From: a virus
Strand: one strand, 5' to 3'
Virus record (IMG/VR): IMGVR_UViG_3300045988_057840
Location: 1-38,956 of that record
DNA: 38,956 nt
Shown here one piece after another: positions 34,565 to 38,956 of this stretch; positions within the stretch are counted from its first letter, which is position 1, and each line of letters begins with the position of its first letter. The notes beneath the pieces are model-generated. The model did not search any database, was not told the origin of the DNA, and saw only the letters and a list, made by a program, of their open reading frames with translations. A program made the translations under genes and the position numbers.

Positions 34565-35801
34565 CAGAGTGTACTTGCCTGATATCGTAGGTAAGGGATA
34601 CGGTGCTTTTTGGCGTTTCAAAGGGCGCTATAAAGTAGTCAAGGGTAGTCGTGCCAGTAAGAAGTCCTCTACGCAGTCTCTAAAAGTCATTATGGAGATA
34701 ATGGAGAACCCTTGTATAAACTGGCTAGTCGTTCGTAAGACAGAACGGACTTTGCGTGACAGTTGTTTCGCGCAGCTTAAATGGGCTATGCGCCAGTTGA
34801 GAGTGGAGCGTTATTTTAAATGTTCCGTATCGCCCCTTGAAATAACGTACATTCCGACCGGCCAGAAAATCTTATTTCGTGGTCTCGATGATCCTTTAAA
34901 GGTAACGTCCATTACTGTTGAAGTGGGGGCGCTATGTAGGCTATGGATTGAAGAAGCTTATGAGATTATGAGTGAAGATGCATTCAACAGACTGGATGAA
35001 TCTATTCGTGGTCAGTTACCCAAAGGGATGTATCACCAGGTAGTATTAACCTTTAACCCGTGGTCTGATAGGCACTGGTTAAAGAAACGCTTCTTTGATG
35101 AACCTAGCAAAAACGTGCTAGCCATGACTACGAATTACCTGTGTAACGAGTTCTTGAGTGACTCTGACTTAGTACTGTTCGAGGAGATGAAAAAGAACCC
35201 TAAGCGGTACCAAGTAGCAGGGCTCGGCAACTGGGGCGTTATTGAGGGACTGGTTTACGAAAACTGGAAAGAACAAGAATTTAGTATTGATGAAATACGC
35301 AAGTTACCAGAGGCCAAAGCTATATTCGGCTTGGATTTTGGATATACTACGGACCCGACAGCTCTCTTCTGTGGTGTCGTTGATTCTGCAGAACGACGAC
35401 TGTATGTATTCGATGAGCTCTACGAACTCGCTCTTACTAATAGCGCAATAGCTGAACGAGTAAAACGTTTGGGATATGCAAAAGAGACTATTATTGCTGA
35501 TTGTGCCGAGCCTAAAAGCATAGCCGAGCTGAGAGAATTTGGATTGACTCGAACTCAGGCATCTAAAAAAGGTGCAGATAGTATTCTGAATGGTGTACAG
35601 CGCATCCAGGATTATGAAATTATAGTGCACCCGAGATGTGTTAACTTTCTTACAGAAATCAGCCAATACCAATGGGAGAAAGATAGATTTGGTAAGTATA
35701 CAGGCAAGCCTGAAGATGAAAATAACCATTTAATGGATGCTATGAGGTATGCATTTGAGAAATTTGCTGTGGTTAAAACCGGCAAAGTTGATATTTATTA
35801 G
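34542..35801 (+). CDS. terL: Terminase large subunit (PBSX / Terminase_3 family)
   Basis: YGAFWRFKGRYKVVKGSRASKKS is a Walker A-like region. WIEEA is Walker B. The C-terminal nuclease motif is NHLMDAMRY. Exact start uncertain (GTG at 34542). Confidence 0.9.
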   Translation: MVTILQTNRVYLPDIVGKGYGAFWRFKGRYKVVKGSRASKKSSTQSLKVIMEIMENPCINWLVVRKTERTLRDSCFAQLKWAMRQLRVERYFKCSVSPLEITYIPTGQKILFRGLDDPLKVTSITVEVGALCRLWIEEAYEIMSEDAFNRLDESIRGQLPKGMYHQVVLTFNPWSDRHWLKKRFFDEPSKNVLAMTTNYLCNEFLSDSDLVLFEEMKKNPKRYQVAGLGNWGVIEGLVYENWKEQEFSIDEIRKLPEAKAIFGLDFGYTTDPTALFCGVVDSAERRLYVFDELYELALTNSAIAERVKRLGYAKETIIADCAEPKSIAELREFGLTRTQASKKGADSILNGVQRIQDYEIIVHPRCVNFLTEISQYQWEKDRFGKYTGKPEDENNHLMDAMRYAFEKFAVVKTGKVDIY

Positions 35802-35813
35802 GAGGCTTATTAT

Positions 35814-37214
35814 ATGGCAATATTAACAAATGCTCGTAATGAAGAATATGAGCTATTGCATGACGCTTATTACGGCACAGGTATGTTTGCAGCTGGTGGT
35901 GCATTACAAAAACACCCTAGGGAAAGTGCTGCAAATTATACTTTTAGACAACAATTATCTTATTACCTAAACCATACTGCACCTATCATTAATGCGTGTG
36001 TGGATCCCATTTTTAAAGATACGATTTCTCGTAATTATAATGAAAGCGAATTATTCAAAACGTTCCTTAATGATGTAGATAGATTAGGAACTACACTTCA
36101 AGAGTTTATGCGTTATAATGCCACGCAAGCAAAAATCTATAGTGTTATGTACATTTTGGTTGACAATGTATCTGAAATAGGCGAAACAGTTGCCGACCAA
36201 GTAAATAATAGGCAACTACCTTATTTGGTTGCTATTGAGCCTAAAAGCGTATATAAATGGCTTACAAATGATATTGGCGAACTTGATTTCTTTGCATACT
36301 CAACAACTGTATTTGATGATGAGGGCAAAACAAAAGCCCAGTACCATGAATGGACTCGAACATCATGGACTATCAAGAATGACGAACAAAAAGTCATTGC
36401 TACTGGTGAGCATAATCTTGGCAAAGTTCCTATTGTTCAATGGTTTGGTCGTTCATCTCGTAAAATTGATATTCTACCTCCACCAGAATACTTGACTCAA
36501 GCTCAAACAAATCATCAAGTGTATCATCTATGTTCACTATTAACTCAAATACTTAATATGCAGACTTTTAGCACATTAACATTGCCGGATAATGGACAGG
36601 GCGTTGATGATATTACACTAGGTACAAATAACGTATTGTTGTATCCGGCAGAAAGTAGTCATGCACCAGCTTTTATTGCACCAGATAGAGGGCCGGCAGA
36701 GATTATCATGAGCGTTATTAAAATGCTTGTCGATGATATGTATCGCCTATCCGGTGTTAATTCTGTTATAGGTGTAAAAGAGGCCAAAAGCGGTGTGGCT
36801 AAGCAATGGGATTTTGAACGTACAAACCAACGATTGGCAGATTTCTCCGTACAGTGTGAAAGTGCTGAATACGATATTATTGAGTTGTTTGAGCTATGGA
36901 CAGGCACGAACGTAAATTATAAATGCGACTATCCTCGTGAATTCAAAATTAATGATATTGCAGATAGCCTTGCACAATCTCAGGCCGTGTTAGATCTTGG
37001 ACTCGGCAGCAACACTCTTAAAGTTGAAACAGGCAAAAAGGTATTGGATAGTTACATGCCTAATATTGAGCCTGAAACGTTCGATGAAATTGTTGCCGAA
37101 ATTGAAGAAAGCGTTCAAAGGCAAGAGCAAGACGAAACATATCATAATAATGATGATGAAGTAGAGGGCGGTGCAGATAATGAGGACGCAACAAGAGATA
37201 AACAAGGCGATTGA
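35814..37214 (+). CDS. Portal protein
   Basis: 466 aa between terL and the MuF gene, with an acidic C-terminus. GGAGG SD. Confidence 0.8.
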   Translation: MAILTNARNEEYELLHDAYYGTGMFAAGGALQKHPRESAANYTFRQQLSYYLNHTAPIINACVDPIFKDTISRNYNESELFKTFLNDVDRLGTTLQEFMRYNATQAKIYSVMYILVDNVSEIGETVADQVNNRQLPYLVAIEPKSVYKWLTNDIGELDFFAYSTTVFDDEGKTKAQYHEWTRTSWTIKNDEQKVIATGEHNLGKVPIVQWFGRSSRKIDILPPPEYLTQAQTNHQVYHLCSLLTQILNMQTFSTLTLPDNGQGVDDITLGTNNVLLYPAESSHAPAFIAPDRGPAEIIMSVIKMLVDDMYRLSGVNSVIGVKEAKSGVAKQWDFERTNQRLADFSVQCESAEYDIIELFELWTGTNVNYKCDYPREFKINDIADSLAQSQAVLDLGLGSNTLKVETGKKVLDSYMPNIEPETFDEIVAEIEESVQRQEQDETYHNNDDEVEGGADNEDATRDKQGD

Positions 37215-38733
37215 TAGTTTTGAGCAAGAAGTCAAAGCACAATTAGCACTAGGGCTTAAACCTAATGAGGCCGTTAGAAAGGCATATGCAAAATATCCTG
37301 TAATGGATATGATGAAAGCTACCTTGCAAGCGGAATTGGTTAATACTTTTATGGCAGGGTATGGCGATAATGTCCCATACTCCGCTAAAAGTATTTCACA
37401 GGCTATGTCTGAAAGTTGGGCGAGTGATGATCTTACACTTTCTAAACGTTTATATAGACGGTCAAGCACTATACGTAATGAAGTGGCTGACACTATCAAG
37501 CAAGCGTTAAAGACAAATAAGACTGTAAAGGGGTTAGCAAAGTCAATCTTCGACGGCTATGGTAAAGGTGGTATTATTCCAGAGGCTAGCATACCGAAGT
37601 TCCTACGTAAGCTATCTGATATAAATATAAGTGGTGAGGCTACTCCTGAGGCTAAGCGTAAGCAACGTGAATTGCTGCGTAGTGTTAAAGGCAAAATATC
37701 AAGGCTTGATACTCCTTATGTTAGGGCTGCCTATAACGAAGTAGCTGCAGCCGTTGACGATGGTAACGAAATTAGACTGCAAAAGGCAATATATAATGCC
37801 ACGCAAGAAAAAGCACGTTATCACGCTGAACGGATAGCAAGGACTGAAAATGCAAGGGCTTATGCTGACGGACAGATGAATAGATTTCTTGACGATGAGG
37901 ATATTATCGCTTTTCAATGGAAGTTATCCGCTAATCATCCTCGATACGATATTTGTGATTTCTATGCAAATGCAGATTTATATGGGCTTGGCAAAGGAAT
38001 TTATCCAAAGGATAAATTCCCTCAACTACCTGCACATCCGCATTGTATGTGTCATATTAAGCCTATGACTGAGCTCGATATTGATGTTAATAAGAGACAT
38101 AATAACCTAGAACAGTCAGGGCTAGAATATATCAAATCTTTATCTAAGCAACATCAGGAAGTTTTACTCGGTGTAAATGGTCGAAATACTGTATTGAGTG
38201 GCAAAGGAACTTGGCAAACCTTTATGAGGGGCTGGACTGATAAAACCATCAATGTACGAAACCCTAATTCAATAACAAAACGTTTGCATAATAGCGGTGT
38301 TAATGGTTTAATTAAGTTAAAAGAGAATGACAAACCATTATTTGATCTACAACTATTCTCTAATAACGAAATTGATTTTGATAAGATAATAGACAAAACC
38401 AAAGGTCGATATAAGATTAAAACAAAATCAAACCCTAACGATGTTATTATGTATAAATCAAAAAATAGTAATGGTCAGCAACAACTCAACTTCTCTTTTT
38501 ATAATGAATTTGGGATATTATATAAACAGTTACACGGTGGCCATCATGGAAATGCTAAGCATCATAATGTTGGTACTAATGACAAACCTATATATTATCA
38601 TAAGCATTTTTATAAAATAGTAGGATATAAAAACAAAGATACGCCTATTTTGGAAGAATCAGAAATAAAACCATTAACAGAAAAAGAAAGGGGGTATTTC
38701 AATGACGAAAGACGAATTTTGGGAGGCAATTAA
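37180..38733 (+). CDS. MuF / SPP1 gp7-family head morphogenesis protein fused to a C-terminal extension of about 155 aa (candidate polymorphic toxin domain)
   Basis: The MuF core includes RIARTENARAYADGQ and HPHCMCH (38035..38055). Codons after about 38263 are visibly AT-rich and encode LHGGHHGNAKHHNVGTNDKPIYYHKHF. The ATG at 37180 lies 11 nt after GAGGG. Confidence 0.75.
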   Translation: MRTQQEINKAIDSFEQEVKAQLALGLKPNEAVRKAYAKYPVMDMMKATLQAELVNTFMAGYGDNVPYSAKSISQAMSESWASDDLTLSKRLYRRSSTIRNEVADTIKQALKTNKTVKGLAKSIFDGYGKGGIIPEASIPKFLRKLSDINISGEATPEAKRKQRELLRSVKGKISRLDTPYVRAAYNEVAAAVDDGNEIRLQKAIYNATQEKARYHAERIARTENARAYADGQMNRFLDDEDIIAFQWKLSANHPRYDICDFYANADLYGLGKGIYPKDKFPQLPAHPHCMCHIKPMTELDIDVNKRHNNLEQSGLEYIKSLSKQHQEVLLGVNGRNTVLSGKGTWQTFMRGWTDKTINVRNPNSITKRLHNSGVNGLIKLKENDKPLFDLQLFSNNEIDFDKIIDKTKGRYKIKTKSNPNDVIMYKSKNSNGQQQLNFSFYNEFGILYKQLHGGHHGNAKHHNVGTNDKPIYYHKHFYKIVGYKNKDTPILEESEIKPLTEKERGYFNDERRILGGN

Positions 38734-38941
38734 TACTGGCGGAAAAGTATATACATATAATGATGAAATCGATTTTTATGCCGTATTTACTAAGGGAGCA
38801 TATGAGATTTATCCTGTTCCAGTTCCTGATTATATAAATTCAGATAATTACGAAAAATATAAAACATTCGATGAAATGTTAAGAGGTTGTACGATTTTTG
38901 ACAAGCCTTTAGGTGAATGCCTAAATAAAATTGAATATTGA
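38702..38941 (+). CDS. Small protein (79 aa), candidate immunity protein for the MuF C-terminal domain
   Basis: AAGGGGG SD 7 nt upstream. Overlaps the MuF stop by 32 nt. AT-rich. A terminator follows at 68..105 across the circular junction. Confidence 0.55.
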   Translation: MTKDEFWEAINTGGKVYTYNDEIDFYAVFTKGAYEIYPVPVPDYINSDNYEKYKTFDEMLRGCTIFDKPLGECLNKIEY

Positions 38942-38956
38942 GTTATGTAACATATA
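38902..38956. repeat. Terminal direct repeat, copy 2 (identical to 1..55)
   Basis: Exact 55/55 match by eye to the window start. Confidence 0.95.

Larger units (their letters stand above)
1..38901. mobile_element. Complete unit-length temperate phage genome (siphovirus-type), circularly closed by a 55-bp terminal overlap
   Basis: Full set of phage modules: structural, lysis, integrase/attP, repressor switch, replication, packaging. The first 55 nt are identical to the last 55 nt. Confidence 0.85.

Noticed and set aside
36990-37499. 169-aa - strand ORF (and 37060..37242) across the portal/MuF junction
   Set aside because: It is antisense to two well-supported structural genes. It has no SD and a low-complexity hydrophobic translation.
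1-38956. Search for CRISPR arrays, reverse transcriptase (DGR or retron), transposases, methyltransferases and classical toxin-antitoxin pairs
   Set aside because: I found no ORF with the corresponding motifs (YxDD, DDE, SAM-binding) and no regular repeat-spacer array. The only toxin-like architecture is the MuF C-terminal extension reported above.

Overview
The window is one complete temperate phage genome, siphovirus-like (major tail protein, tape measure, no sheath). Bases 1..55 are repeated exactly at 38902..38956, so the unit length is 38,901 bp and the contig closes on itself. Nearly all genes are on the + strand; a four-gene lysogeny block is on the - strand. Module order: scaffold and capsid (170..1732); head-tail joining and tail (1929..7731), with a -1 frameshifted G/GT chaperone; a lambda-like tail tip of gpM/gpL/gpK/gpJ type (7733..12840); distal tail and fibre genes (12897..15384); lysis genes (15409..16953); attP carrying the 3' two-thirds of a tRNA-Leu(GAG) gene flanked by TTTGACATC repeats (17067..17341); integrase, a secreted moron, mini-ImmA and an XRE repressor (17340..19711, - strand); a divergent switch with TTACGR-N5-YCGTAA palindromes; early genes; a replication module of DUF2800 nuclease, DUF2815 SSB-like protein, family A polymerase, VirE-type primase/helicase, VRR-NUC and SNF2 (21998..32533), interrupted by an iteron-rich origin-like gap (30472..30852); a DUF1492-like late regulator followed by a 436-bp structured non-coding leader (33475..33910); then terS, terL, portal and a MuF/SPP1-gp7 head protein. 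The most interesting items are: (1) the MuF protein carries an AT-rich, His-rich C-terminal extension followed by an overlapping small ORF and a terminator, which is the architecture of a MuF polymorphic toxin plus immunity pair, with a toxin domain I cannot name; (2) the promoter, terminator and long-hairpin leader ahead of the packaging genes; (3) two long ORFs starting 4 nt apart in different frames in the spanin position; (4) Firmicute-style regulatory and replication modules combined with a lambda-like tail tip and spanin-like genes, suggesting a diderm Firmicute (Negativicutes-like) host. All functional calls rest on motifs I recognise by eye and on gene order. No database search was run.
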